DNA of 55,087 bases, the filler included, from Sphacelaria rigidula (Eukaryota), in the NCBI GenBank assembly GCA_964200075.2. It is 5 parts of 5 records of this genome, joined end to end, with 100 filler letters (N's around TTAATTAATTAA, not from the genome) between each part and the next. Parts side by side here need not be neighbours in the genome. Positions count along the whole stretch, not along the records: positions 11,043 to 21,982 come from CAXNAA020005651.1; positions 22,083 to 33,021 come from CAXNAA020005652.1; 3 more parts are not named here. One strand, given 5' to 3'. This document shows, in pieces, positions 12,721 through 25,717 of this stretch; the first letter of the stretch is position 1, and the number at the start of each line of letters is the position of its first letter. Below the pieces are notes generated by a model that saw only the letters and a program-made list of their open reading frames with translations, searched no databases and was not told the origin of the DNA. A program made the translations under genes and the position numbers.

Positions 12721-13589
12721 GGCTTTGGTTCCGTATGCGGGCATAAAGTTTGACACAGGGCCCACAGATGGACACAAGAATTTTGACTGGCACGATTTTT
12801 CGACCAATCAGTGCCTCCCAATGTACCAAAGTGCGGCGACCTTTCTTCAATCAGATGAGAGAATCAAGTGGGAATTGAATGGTCAAATAGATGGAATTGG
12901 CCCACACATTGCGCCGCTGCCAGTCAAACAGCTGCTACCATCAATCGCTTGGGATACAGCAGCTCCGTGCTGGCTCAGTTTGTTTGCCCCAACCTGCACG
13001 CGTCCGCCTCCGTGTCTACTCCGATCACAGCACCCGACTACGATTGAAGTACCATGAAAAGAGCAACAGACAGCTGTGCGGCGTACAACCGGTACCGGTA
13101 GTTCGACTCGATTTTCAACGTCGACTGACGGTAGATGATGGGGGGGAGAGGTGGTAGCTTTTAGCTTGTAGCTTGTAGCTTGCTGGGCGAGAGACCCACC
13201 GCTGCAATGCCCTGTGTCCAGAGGCTACAATGCCCTACTGCTGTATCATGTATCATGAGTGCAGGGGCATTTATTTGTTGTTTACGTCCGTGCATTAGGG
13301 CGTAGGTGTGCAGGTTGTCGCCCTCAAACTCAAAAATGAAAAGCTTTCTTTGATTTTGAAAATAAGCATCAGAACTTTGAATGCCCAACTTGTCGCCCTG
13401 TCCTTGTGCTCTAAGGCACGCCCCGTGAGGGGATACTACCGCAATGCCACAACAAGGACAAGAATGAGGCGCACAAAGGGCACCTAATGTGGGCTAAAAG
13501 CTCGAGGTGGGGCTTGAATAATAAAAGGTTTATAAAATATATGAGGAGCTTGATTTCAAGAAAAAAAATGCGCATACGGAACTAAAGCC
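12721..13589. mobile_element. Non-autonomous TIR DNA transposon (~870 bp)
   Basis: 19-bp TIR GGCTTT(G/A)GTTCCGTATGCG with one mismatch and TA on both flanks. About 13080-13520 is homologous to 20620-21050. Confidence 0.75.
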
Positions 13590-16500
13590 TACAAAGTGGA
13601 CCGGCCAAGACGCGAATTCGTGGTTTGCAGATCCCGCCTCACCTCAATTTCGCGAGTTAGACTTCGAAATTTGGTGGGGAGGAAGAGTAAGGCATGCTAC
13701 AACGCTGTCTCTCGGGACGCGAGGATTCTCTTTTTTTCGTGAGTTGAGGGCAATAATCAGTACTAGATATCAGGAAAACACCGTTAACTCACGAAAAAAT
13801 AACTTTGCGTTCCGAGCGATGGCGTTTCAGCATGCCCCCTCTACCAAATTTCGAAATCTAAGTGGTGAGTATTATAGTAAAATTAAGGCGAGACGGCGCA
13901 ATGTAGAAACCGGGCCGGGCGAAATTCGGAACAATATTCTACAGGCCGTTCACCGGCCCAGGTTTAGTACTTGTGCCTCGAATCTTTGTGTGGGACCTCG
14001 CTAGATCATAACCGACAAGAAAAGTGGGGAAGGTTGACTCATATATTCTTCACTTACAACGCTTTGGTATGGGGAAGACCATATTTTCACGAGAAGGCCC
14101 GTATCTCTCCAAAATAAAAAAATGGAGGGCCCATCTTTATTTTATTCTTCGGCATGCCTTTGCAGTTCTCCATGATGAGTTTCAAATGTCGATTGTTCGA
14201 ATTAAGCTGAATAACTGAGATGAGGTCCGAGAGCATTGTCCCTTTTCCTTGAAACTCCCCTGGAAAAACAAGAAAAATGAAAGAAACGAAAAGCGATGAT
14301 TTTCTTCTTCATTATGCAGGGGCGATTTTCCAGACAAAGTTTGAAAGCACAACTCTTGAAAACTCAGACGCAATATCCAGATTTGGTGCATCAGTGCCTC
14401 TGCTCGGAATATATTGATTTTAGTGTCGAAACTCATGTGCGCCATATCTCGAGACAGATAACGAATTAGGCAAAAGTGAAGGTTGTCTAGCTTACGCAGT
14501 GAGTGGCGTGGTTTACAGCGTCATCGCCAACTGACGCCAACCCCATCGGGGTCCACCCCTGCAAAGCCGGGACGGAGTACGCCGGGTTCTCGCCGGACCA
14601 GGGGGGGGGGGTGTACTCATGTTCATGCGTGCCATAGTCAAAAGACCATTGACCTCGCATCCCTACAAAGCCGGGACAAAGCACGCCGAGTTTTCGCTGG
14701 ACCAGGCTCGCACTTGATCACCTGGCGGTGGGGAAATGAGTTCATCACATTTTCCAATGTTTTCCAACCAATCAGCCCTTCTCGACACGAAAGTAAGGAC
14801 CTTGCCACCGTTGAGATGGACGCTATGAGATGCACATGAGTTGCATAAAAACTTCGACTGCCCCCCGTTGCGTTGCGCCCCAACCTGCGTGCAACCCGCC
14901 CTACGTGTCTTACCCGACCAGAGGACCCTACTACAACTAAAGTATCAGAGACTAGCGGCCCGTCCCCCGTGTGGGTGAATTTGTGGGCTGGGTGATGTCA
15001 ACTCTTGCGGAAAAGTACACCGAACACATACATTAAATGGACTGGGAACTGGACCAGTCAAAATTATATATCTTCGTTGTAACTGGAGTTATATTGGCAC
15101 AACGAACGGCTGCACAGGACAAGCTAGGCCAGCCGAGAAGCGGAATTGTAGTTTGCAGGCCCATTCTCCCCTCAATTTGTCGAGTTGGCCCATGAAATTT
15201 GGTATGGACAATGTGTAGGACATATATTGTCATCAACCCAAAGATTTGATGTTTGATGATTCAACGATATTTTACTGAGACCTGAAAAGTGATGATGGCC
15301 TGTAACTCATGAAAAAATCTCTCGGGGTCAATGGTAATTCGGAAGAGTATTTTGCAGGCCAGTCAAACCCACTTTTATTGCAACGAATCTCGATTTATAC
15401 GAATGTGAGGATTTCAACCCGTCTACAGCCGATTTCCTCCCGTGGATTGTTTTTTCGGACCCCAATCCGTTGAGAAATGTTTTTCGACTAGCTGTGAGCA
15501 AATCAGCTCAATTCTCCGGTTCTCTGCACGTTGACTTGTGGTTCACCACCTTTCTGCCCAAATCGGGACACCGCCGCATCTCCCTGATGAAGTTGACCCT
15601 TAGACAGCGACCCCTCCCTCAGGTGGACTGAGACCGACTAAACCACATTTGGGGTTCACAACAGCTCTTTTCTCGCTACGCAAGACGCCTTTTTTCATGA
15701 GAATAGCCTCCTCCCTCATCTCCCGAAAAACAGAACAAAATTTTACGTTTTTCGGATACTCGCAGCGAGGTGTTTATCTCCCGTTCGAAAATGGAACCGA
15801 TCGGATTGTCCACACCGGTTCCATTCCAATCCCGGAAGTCAAAGGGGGTTTAACTTTTTCCAACATGCCCTCGTAGTCCTGGAGAACCTTCGACTGGTTT
15901 TGATCCTGTAGTCTATCGCGTGCAGAGACAGAATACGTGCTGTATGTCACTGCTGGATACCACAGCAAGAAACAGACGACAGCGTGTCATGAGTCTCCAC
16001 TGAATGCAATTTATTGCATGCTGTTGATGCCCCTGCTTAGTGTTCCACAAAAGCACTAAAACGTGGCGCTATGCTAGCAACACATGACACGTTTGACAGG
16101 GGGCATAGACCACGAGCAGAGCACAAAATGTGATTCGTGTCGGTTTAATTCATGGTTGAATTATCGTCACCAAAATGAAGAATACGGCAAGACAGCAAAG
16201 TAGTCCCCACCTTAGTGACCATTTTGTAGCCGTGATTTGTAAGAATGGTCTCTCCGCCACTCCTGTTCCTCGTTCCTGGCTGATAATTTTCTGTGGGAAT
16301 CTTCCTAACACACGGTTGACTTGGTGAGCTCTTCGGCTATTCTGCGAACAGGCCCCCACCCCCTGTCATGAACCACTTCCCCGCCCCCGGGAAAACCCCC
16401 GAATGTCCTTGAACTTTCACCCTGTGAAACTACTCCAAGGCGACGCCTATTGTCTGAAGATTAAATGAATAGAAGGACACAAGAGCACCCGGATGATTGC

Positions 16501-18004
16501 AGGGGAGAACACTCCATTGTGCTGAACTTGAAATAGACCTAACGAGCATGAGAGCCTCCACATAATTGAATGGGAACGACAGTTTACACAACACCCACCT
16601 CGCACCCTTGCAGTTTTGGCGCACTTGCCACTCGAACCATTAAAACGCACAAGTCAAGACGAATAGACGTACCAACTCTGCCCTGTACAATACTCTGCAC
16701 AGGAGGACAGCCGCTGCATACACGGCTGTCTGGAGTGGATAGCGATGGCGTGCACATTTGTGCTTTGTTGTTTTTATCGCCTGTACAAGCGTTGTGTCTG
16801 AACGTATTCAGTACGGCTGTAGTAAAGTACATTAGAGTGTAAGTTTGAATAATGATCATGCAGTGCAAAATCCAGCTCCCGTATGATTGCTGCGTTTATT
16901 TTCCCTTGACGCAGACAAAAGGGTTCATATGACGAAGTCCACGCGGTGCGGGAGTGCTGATCCAAGTCGTGATACCAAATTGTAGAGTATGACGCGTGTA
17001 CCGGGGGAGTGATAGCTTGATCCCTTGAGACATGACACCACGGGCTCGACCCGAGGAAGATGTGGGTTTCAGACTGTGCAAGAAAAAAGGAGAAACGTTC
17101 AGCATGATCCTCTTTCAGCCCAGGCAATCTTGTTGACACAGAATGTAGACAGCCTGCCGCGTCTTCCCGTGTCATGAATCCAGCGCATGTCATGTTTTTT
17201 CGAAAAAGTGAAAAGTTGTAGGAGTCATGTCGCAGATGGACACTGAGGGCCATGGGATCATTGCAGCCAAAGAGCTACTTACATTTTCCCTCGTTGGGTG
17301 CACATCGTAGGTTCGTGGTCACATCATGACCGAGTTTGCCCCTCAAGAGTGTTCAGGATGCCTCACGCAGTACTATGGTTCGTGTCCAACAGACGACTTG
17401 GGGCCCCTCTCGGTAGTGCCACGCTCTTCAACGCCTCCCTCCGGAAAAAGCGTTAGTGTAGTCAACATAATCCATTATACCGTAATCATAAGTGTTCATG
17501 GGGCTGTAAACTGGCGTTTCTGGTCAATTCATCGATGTTGCTCCAGTTCATTGGGGAAGCCGCAAGCCCACCCCGGCTAGTGATGGGAGCGCCGCCGGAG
17601 GCAAAAAAAATGCGGTATTAGGCTTATTCCCCTTCAAAGTCACGTCTAGTGTAAAAAATGTGAGCCCAACATTGAGGAGCCAAGAGACTTGGGTGACGTG
17701 AAAATATCATCGAACGTGGTGGGCGATTCGATAATAATTTGTCCAGAGTGTGCACGAACAGAGACTCCATGAGTAGCAGGGGATGAGAGCAAGTGAGTAA
17801 AGTGAAGTTTCAGCACTTGGATCGACGGGCCCTCACCATTTCTTTTACTTGAAAACAACTTGCGAGCTACTGTTACCCCTCTTTTGTTTCGGCTGTTTCA
17901 GTACATCCAAGACCTCATTAAATGTCGAACATTTACTGCATGGCACATGCAGTCATGTAAAAATGTGCTGAATGCACTGATGAGGTTGGCCCATGTATTT
18001 TTCA

Positions 18005-18277
18005 GGGACAGGAAGTAGCCGTCTCCGGGGGTGGTATCCACCGATTTGTCTTGTCGCAATCGAACGGTGTTGTCTTTGACTCCTCTGGGGGGATGCGTAG
18101 ATTAGATTTACAGATGATAATTCTTTTTATTTCCATTGGTTCCAGACTTCAAGTATCCCAAAAAAAAATCATGTCATCCAAACATATTGCGAGTCGCACA
18201 GTGTAGACCGAAACGATGGATACCACCCCTAAATTCACGGTAGAAAGGACCCCCGGAGACGAGTGTTCTTCTGTCCC
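18005..18277. mobile_element. Small inverted-repeat element (MITE-like)
   Basis: GGGACAG..CGTCTCCGGGGG versus CCCCCGGAGACG..CTGTCCC, plus an inner pair GGGGTGGTATCCA / TGGATACCACCCC. Confidence 0.5.
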
Positions 18278-19044
18278 CGGCGCTACCATGCACCTCCCGC
18301 CCGAATCCGACTTCATCACTGTGGTTCAAATACCATCATGTGTCATCTGTGAAATTGAGGGCGCTCAATGAGTTTTCTAATATTTGTTGTCACACTTGGA
18401 ATCCCTCCCGTTCCTCGAGACAAGTCCATGTTCTCAAGGGATCAGCCCATTATGGTATGGCACACAAGCAGATGAATCTCATTAAGAGACCCCATGCTTT
18501 TAATGCCCCGGATTGCCGTTGGCAATTTTAGATTTCATCAAGCTGTACCGATTTCCAGCGATGCACCTAACGGCAACAGTGCAGTACCGCCACAACGCCA
18601 ACCGGCGTGCCCAAGGGCGCAGCGAAACAGCGTTACTCTGTACACCCAAAGGTATTAGTAAAGACAGTATGGTGAATCGTCGCTGACCCCTCAACAAAGA
18701 AAGCTCGTGCCGACTAACCCTCCATGAGGTCGTAGTTGTTTAATCATGAAATACGCGACGAGTTAGAGTTGCGAGTACGTTCATTTAGTAAAATTTAGTA
18801 AAGGGCCAGGGTATTCTGAGCCAATAATTTTTTCCAGGGTTGCTTCCGATCAGATGGCGCATGCATGACCTGGAACAAAACGCAATTTCACTCCCGCAAA
18901 ACCCACCATTGGAAAGCCCGAAAGTGTCGTAATCGTCACCCGTCCTCACCGTGAAAACGGCGGACTCTCGTTCGTTGTTCTCATTTGGATAGGGCTTCCA
19001 CCTCCAAGTCTACTTCGGCGTTGGCACGGGTCGGAAGTGTCAGC

Positions 19045-19224
19045 ATGTCTACCCAGCCGTCTTTGATCGAGTGGAAGAAGCTGCGGTTCGTCATCATGGA
19101 TGCGCCCAAAGCGAACAATCTGCATCTGTACCTGAAGGAACTGAAGAAGCACAACGTCGTGTGCGTCGTGCGAGTTTGTGAAGCGACGTACCCGGCATCG
19201 GAGGTTGAGGCAGCTGGAATGCAG
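19045..19224 (+). CDS. PTP4A: PRL-type (PTP4A) protein tyrosine phosphatase, coding exon
   Basis: MSTQPSLIEWKKLRFVIMDAPKANNLHLYLKELKKHNVVCVVRVCEATY matches the PRL N-terminal pattern. Donor GTACGC at 19225, phase 0. The exon may begin earlier, at an acceptor ending at 18992. Confidence 0.92.
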
Positions 19225-19467
19225 GTACGCTGCTAGTCTACGATATGGAGTCGGTCTGTGAGCAAGATCTTGTGATGCGCACAGTACAGGATGGATGATA
19301 TGTTCGTGGTTGTTTCGTCTCTTTTTTTAATGCTCAGCACCCATTTGTTTGTGTTTTTTTTCGTATCCTTCATCCCTCAATCGTCGGGAGCTTCACGGGT
19401 CAACTCTTCTAACATGGAATGCTGACGGTTGGCTTTATAATCACCCTTGCTCTTCTTGTGAGTCCAG

Positions 19468-19674
19468 CTATTAGAGATGGAATACGATGACGGCGCCGCC
19501 CCCCCTCCGGAGATAATTCAGAGGTGGCTGGAGGCAGTGCGATCTACATTCCAGAATGCACCGGATAGCTCTGGGCCCAATGGGTCGGAAGGTCCTGCGA
19601 TCGCTGTTCACTGCGTGGCTGGGCTTGGGCGGGCGCCGGTTTTGGTGGCGATTGCGCTCATCGAGTACGGACAG
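19468..19674 (+). CDS. PTP4A: PRL-type (PTP4A) phosphatase, catalytic exon
   Basis: Acceptor TCCAG at 19467 and donor GTGAGA at 19675. EYDDGAAPP and the PRL signature HCVAGLGRAPVLVAIALIEYG. The terminal exon (RRGAIN...CaaX) is not seen before the block end. Confidence 0.95.
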
Positions 19675-20231
19675 GTGAGATGGTTAACGGCTGTGCCTGC
19701 GAATCAGCGGGAACGCGCAGTGAAGCGTACGAGACGTCGATTCAGTCCAACCTTCCCCCCCAAATTTGGCCAAAAAAATGTCGGGCGGTCGTTTTGCCCC
19801 TGATGCCAACAGTATACTCAGCGGCCGGCGAGCTCCTCCTTATTTCTGCTGAGAAGTGTTGTGAAAAGTGTTCGCATGTGAGAGTAATGGATTCAACGCC
19901 TGCTTGATATTTTCACGGCACAACCACTCGTTTTGTGCCCGGTGAGGTGTGTTCAACCACATGTCAGATTGCGTTCAGTCACAGCTGTTGCCGCCGCAAT
20001 CGCGTTGATATTTTCACCATCACGTTGAAAATGCTCACGTAAAATGCATGGAATTCTCAGACCCACGAACGTCGAGAGCGTCGAAGAGCTGAGAATGCAC
20101 GCATGGTTGAGAATGCTGGTGTTTTTCGCAAGCAGCGGTTCTCAACAAGCGAGGATTGATGTGCAAGCATATAAGTGGCAGTATGAGCGTTATTCGATCC
20201 AACATGTCCAGCCTAAAGCGAAGATTTGGTA

Positions 20232-21051
20232 GGCTTTAGTTCCATATGCGGGCATGAAGTTAAGCTTAATTTCGGGGTTCCGAACTTGAATATTGTAGGC
20301 CTTTTCATCGCAAACCTTATAATCACCTCAAAATTCCTGAAAAGAGCATAAAACCTGCTCAAAATGCGCATGTAATGCGCATGAAGTTGCGATGTTTTTT
20401 GCGTCTCTTGCAGTCAGCTGCCCGCAAGTGCTCCAAAGAGGGTGCCCTTTCCACGAGACAGACCGACAGGCTTCTTTAATACTCCAAACTTCCATAGTCG
20501 TGTTTCGTGTTCCTATTATCTTGCTGGTCTGATAAGCAAAATGCTCCATTTCATCATCTTCATACATGGTATCCCATCCATGTTTTCAACAAAGTGATTT
20601 AAGACTAGTACACTTGTCCAGCGTACAACCGGTACCGATAGTTTGCCTAGATTTTCAACGTCGACTGACGGTGGACGATGAGGGAGAGGGGTGATAGCTT
20701 GTAGTTTGCTGGGCGAGAGGCTCATGGCTGCAATGCCCCGCGTCCAGAGGCTACAATGCCTTACTGCTGTATCATGTATCATGAGTGCAGTGGCATATAT
20801 TTGTTGTTTCCGTACGTGGATTAGGGTGTAGGTGTGCAGGTTCTGGCCCTCCAAACTCGATGACTGATGAAAAGCTTTGTTTGAAAATTGAAAATAAGCA
20901 TCAGAACTTCGAGTGCTTAACTCGTCGTCTTATCCTGGTGCTAGAAGGCGCGCCTCGTGAGGTAATATACTACCACAACGCCACAACACGGACGGAAAGA
21001 AGGCGCATGAAGCGGGCCTAATATGCACTAAAAAGCTGGAAGTGGGGCTTG
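20232..21051. mobile_element. Second, partial copy of the GGCTTTAGTTCC-TIR transposon, in the PRL intron
   Basis: Starts TA|GGCTTTAGTTCCATATGCGGGCAT. 20620-21050 aligns with 13080-13520. No right TIR found. Confidence 0.7.
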
Positions 21052-21982
21052 AAGATTACAGGCTGGGCCGCCTAAAAAGCGGACTTTCCTGCAGCCGGTT
21101 CTAACTGATGATCTATCGAGAGTTGTGCCTACTACGACACATCGTGGTAATCTGCAAATCAACGCGCGCCTCTCACTTCACGTAGCACTGCAATCTGACA
21201 AGTTCCCATCAAACAAAATACCAAGCTGCAGTCAGCTGCGAAGTGTAGAGGGTTGAGGATGGCATGTGCGGCGGAATAAGGGAAAAAAAACCGGCTGAAG
21301 TCGCATTTGCGGCAACAGTCAGTTGTGCCGCGACCGCAAAGTGACGGTGCTATACTAGTTGTGATTGTACAAGGCATGTACTGTAGGCGCGCAGTGTCTG
21401 AGATGGCACGCAGACGAGACCTCCAGCGCGCCAAGGCGTCGCGCTTGACGTCGAAGTCCCGGCTGAGGTTTTTGTACTCTGAAAGCAAGTGACCCGGTTC
21501 TCGACAGGAAAACGTGATTTCATTTCTCAATTCGAAGTTTTCCATGAAATTTTGACACGATATACATAGGGTATATGTTGAGTCCCTACAGTTTGCCCCA
21601 CTTCCTTTTTTTTTCGTTCGTGATTTATTGGTGATCTACATTTCGTAAATATAGCGTTCAGTATGAAAGCGGTGTTTGCGTAGGCGTTTACGAATTCTGA
21701 CAACGTGGGACGGACGTACAGAAAAACGGTACGGTGTTCTTGTTTCCCAGCTGCAGTGCCGCTGCCAGTAGAAAAGTTGGCCATCGCAGCTAGGTTGCCG
21801 CACACACGAGTACAGATACCATCACCAGCAACAAGTAGCATTCATCTAGCAGCGACCGACTGGTATATGCAGCACAAGTAGGGAGAAGTAGGCACGAACT
21901 AGCGCGCTTCGCAGAGGATCGATCGACTTTCCCACCCGCCGCCCCGTCGCTCAAGAAAGGGTGGAACCAGGGTGCAAAAAGT

Positions 21983-22082
21983 NNNNNNNNNNNNNNNNNN
22001 NNNNNNNNNNNNNNNNNNNNNNNNNNTTAATTAATTAANNNNNNNNNNNNNNNNNNNNNNNNNNNNNNNNNNNNNNNNNNNN
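21983..22082. other. Artificial contig linker
   Basis: N44-TTAATTAATTAA-N44. Confidence 0.97.
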
Positions 22083-22177
22083 GGGGGTCCGCCCCTACAA
22101 AGCCGGGACGGAGCACGCCGGGTTCTCGCCGAACCAGGCTAACCAATTGGGGGTGGTAGCACTGTTGGGACCGTGTC

Positions 22178-22285
22178 CGGGCTGGCAGGTTCCGGTTCTA
22201 GACTAAACCCTATATACTCAATGCAACCAAGCGGGCTGGCAGGTCCCGGTTCTATACTAAATCCTATATACTCAATGCAACCAAG
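22178..22285 (+). repeat. Tandem duplication, 2 x 54 bp
   Basis: CGGGCTGGCAGGT...CTCAATGCAACCAAG at 22178 and 22232. Confidence 0.85.
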
Positions 22286-22728
22286 CTCAACCACAAGTTA
22301 CTTGGTTTTAGACTGAGTTGAACGGGGGAGAAGAGTCAATTCACTTGCAGAGCACACCCGAGCACAAGCAGCAAAAAACAAAACAGTCGCGGCGGTCTCA
22401 GCAAGTCTTGGTTTGGTGTTGGGCTTGAAGTACGCTATGTAAGCGAACATAAACCGCTTGATCCATTGCTTGATGCAACCTGATCATGAATCTCAGCAAA
22501 CCCAAGTGAGTCAGATGACTAGAATCCGGCACCTTAACACCAGAACAAGCAGAGCCAAGGATTTTTCGCAAATACGCAGCGAGACTAATTAGCTGGGGTA
22601 AAAGATCGAGGCGGGGGAGGGGGGCAGTTACGACGAACCACAGACCCTTCACCCGTCTGTGACCGCAGCAAATACTGCAACGGCCGCACTAGTGTGGCTG
22701 AGGGGGTGTAGCCGGAGGATCTGCGTTA

Positions 22729-23134
22729 AACACGGGATCTTACAAATTGGGGATAGACCTTTTATCGGGGATGAGAAATCCGGAGAATAAAAATCTTCGT
22801 ATCCACACCAAATCTCCGAAACATGGTTCCATTTCTTCGCCTACTGATAGCTATTGACAACTGCTACAAGCCATAGAAATTTGGATTTCGATAACCGAAA
22901 CGTTGGGGGTCCTAGGTCAAAAACCAATTTCGGGGATTGGTTTTTGACCTAGGACCCCAACATTTCGGTGGTCGAAATCCAAATGTCTATGGCGTGTAGC
23001 AGTTGTTAATAGTTATTAGTAGGTGAAGAAATGAAACCATGTTTCGAATATTTGGTGTGGATACGAAGATTTTAATTCTCCGGGTTTCTCATCCCCAATA
23101 AAAGATACATCCCCAATTTGTAAAATCCCGTGTT
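22729..23134. mobile_element. 406-bp near-perfect palindromic (foldback) MITE
   Basis: AACACGGGATCTTACAAATTGGGGAT ... ATCCCCAATTTGTAAAATCCCGTGTT. The arms pair up to a centre near 22931. GTTA is duplicated on both flanks. Confidence 0.9.
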
Positions 23135-24320
23135 GTTATCTATTTGGCGTGATCATTTTTACTTGCTTGCTTGAATCATCTTGAATCATCAAAGAACTGT
23201 TATTGATAAATTAATCGAAAACAATACTCAACACTGCTCAAACCACTGCACACCATCCAAGTTTTTATTCATGAAACACACGAACGAACCACGCACGGCT
23301 CGTGCGCATTGTTTCGACAACGTCTTGCTGAGCAACTGACGCCCCAAAGGCTCATGAATAGTTGTCTCGTTTGAGGAAAAAAAAAATCAAATCAGGAGCT
23401 GCTGGTGGGGGGGTAGTGTGGGTCCAGGGAATTTTTTCACCCGCCCTTGCTGTACCGAGAAGTGGCCAAAAATGACAAGGCATAAACGGGCCTGCAGGTA
23501 CACCCGTACCTTTTTCTGGCCACTGACCTGGGTCGTATACTGGCAAAATGGTGGGTGGCGGTTGCAGAGCAGCACCATTAGTTTGAGCTCCACACTGGAT
23601 TATCTCAACCTTGATTGATAAAACATGCCCGCCGGAAGCGCATCCTTCACTTCGTGTTGGACATCAACGAAGCTTGAAGAGAACCTGATTCTCCACTGTG
23701 TTTGCCGTCTGTTCTCTACTACGGCTGGCGCGCACTCGGTCGCGCTACTACTACTGATCAACGACTTGCCAGAGATCATGCCGCGAGATTTTGCAGGGTG
23801 AAACCTTGGTATCGAAGTAAACGTAAATCAACATTCCAGTATAGCTCAATGATTTACCATGATTGGGTTCTCAATGATGAACACAAGCGTGTCTGCTAGT
23901 CACAGCCTTCCTCCCAAGCAACAGTGGCGGGCGATGAACGTACACATGGTTCTTGGTCCGTTTGCTAACATGAAGATACAACGCTGTGCAACCCGACGCA
24001 GTACAAGAACAACAGTGACCCCCAAGGATACCAGCATTCCTGCTCTAACCTGTTTCACCTCCATCTTTCTGGCTAAGCGAAAATTTCACTGCAATCCCAA
24101 AAAGCGACTGGACGCGTCCGACAACAGGCAGCACACGCCACGGTATCTGCCCTGCTTGATTGGTTTGGCATGCCGCGAGCATGATGGAAAGATCGCTCTC
24201 AGACACTTCGCTCCTACATGTCATTTTCCATGAAGCGTAATAGTTGGCTGTTGCACATCAAGGTTGCCCACAGCTGTCGTCGGGTGGGGTGGGTGTGTTG
24301 TACCGTCTGAGGTCAGGACA

Positions 24321-24418
24321 ATGAGTGCCGCAAAGCTTCTTCCAAGCCACCACGAAAAATTCCGCTCAAAGGAGTACTGGGATGAATTCTTCCAGAAGAG
24401 GACAGAGGCGTTTGAATG
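24321..24418 (+). CDS. METTL13: METTL13-like (eEF1A lysine/N-terminal methyltransferase) exon 1
   Basis: MSAAKLLPSHHEKFRSKEYWDEFFQKRTEAFE(W) matches the LLP...F....YW..FF..R...FEWYG start of METTL13. Donor GTAAGC, phase 2. Confidence 0.88.
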
Positions 24419-25590
24419 GTAAGCCAGCGCACACTCTCAACAGTGAGGAGTACATGTACCGACAACACCGTACCGTACGTAACGCCGTATAACACCCCCG
24501 AAGTGATGTATTTTCAACCTCAACTCTTTCGAAAGGGGAGACTCTGCTCCACCAAAATGTTTCATTCATATATATATATATTGTAATGGTTTACTTTAAG
24601 TGATACGAGTTTAAACGATATTGCTATACGTCGTAGCGCCGCAGTTCCGACACAACGGAGTCTGCGTAGGGGGTGTTGACTATCGTCACTCATGGTCCCC
24701 ATCGATTTTTCAGGATGAATGGGCGGATTTGCCGGTGGTGCTGGCTATGCTTTGATGCTGTCCTATATTGAGTATGGCATCGCACGAGCAGATAGGTAGA
24801 ACGACGAGACTAGAGCTGTGCAGTGAGGTAGCTGATGCGAAAATTGGCCTTCATAACGTCTACACACTTCAACAGCCATTGCTTCGTTACGGGTGGTGTT
24901 GACCCGCAACGGTCAATCGGTCCCATAAGCTACAAGCTTTGAGTGTACATGACCATGAGGCGCCCATCCATGTGGACAGACAGGATGATACGCGTGATAT
25001 AGAGGGCTGAGCTGCAGCCTGCATAGGGACATTATTCTTGACCGTGGCGTTTGCTTGCGGCTATCAGCGTCACTAGCATTAAAGGAAAAGGTGTACGTGT
25101 CACGGCCAGGAACCGTGCTGCGGTGCTGTCGAGCTACAGGAGCCCTCGTGTGTTTGTAGGTGAAAGTAAGGTTGATATTCTCAATCCACCACCCAGCGTT
25201 GGACTCTGCATTGCTGCGCTCCCACCTCCGCATTCTCTACCTAACCGCCAACGGAAAAGCTGTGGCGGTCGATAGATTTTCGGGCATGGATTGGGTGATA
25301 CATATCGTGTACATATTACTGCTCACGAAACGTCTGTGCAGCGGCAACCGACACTCGATCAAACCCATATGCCCTTGTAAACGTTGCACGTTGATCTTAT
25401 CAGATGCAACGGCGTGCGACGCGTAGCGAGTCCGTGCTGCACTGCTTCTATGATGTACCCTTTGTCCTCAGCCGCTCTTCTAGATTTCATTCAACACCTC
25501 TCCTCACGGCAGAAATGAGTCGGATCTGTCAGCGAGGAGTGCTACTTGCGTAGCTGAGTTGTCCTTTTTTGTCGATCCTCGCGAGTCAAG

Positions 25591-25717
25591 GTATGGCGAA
25601 TACGACGACCTTCGGCAGCTGGTGCACCGAACTTTGAAGCGCACGGACCGTATCCTGGTGGTCGGGTGCGGCAATTCAAACTTCAGCGCGGAGTTGTACG
25701 ACGACGGTTTCGAAGAG
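25591..25717 (+). CDS. METTL13: METTL13-like methyltransferase exon 2 (SAM-binding motif I)
   Basis: (W)YGEYDDLRQL...RILVVGCGNSNFSAELYDDGFEE. Acceptor AAG at 25590, donor GTGCAT; phases agree with the neighbouring exons. Confidence 0.92.
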
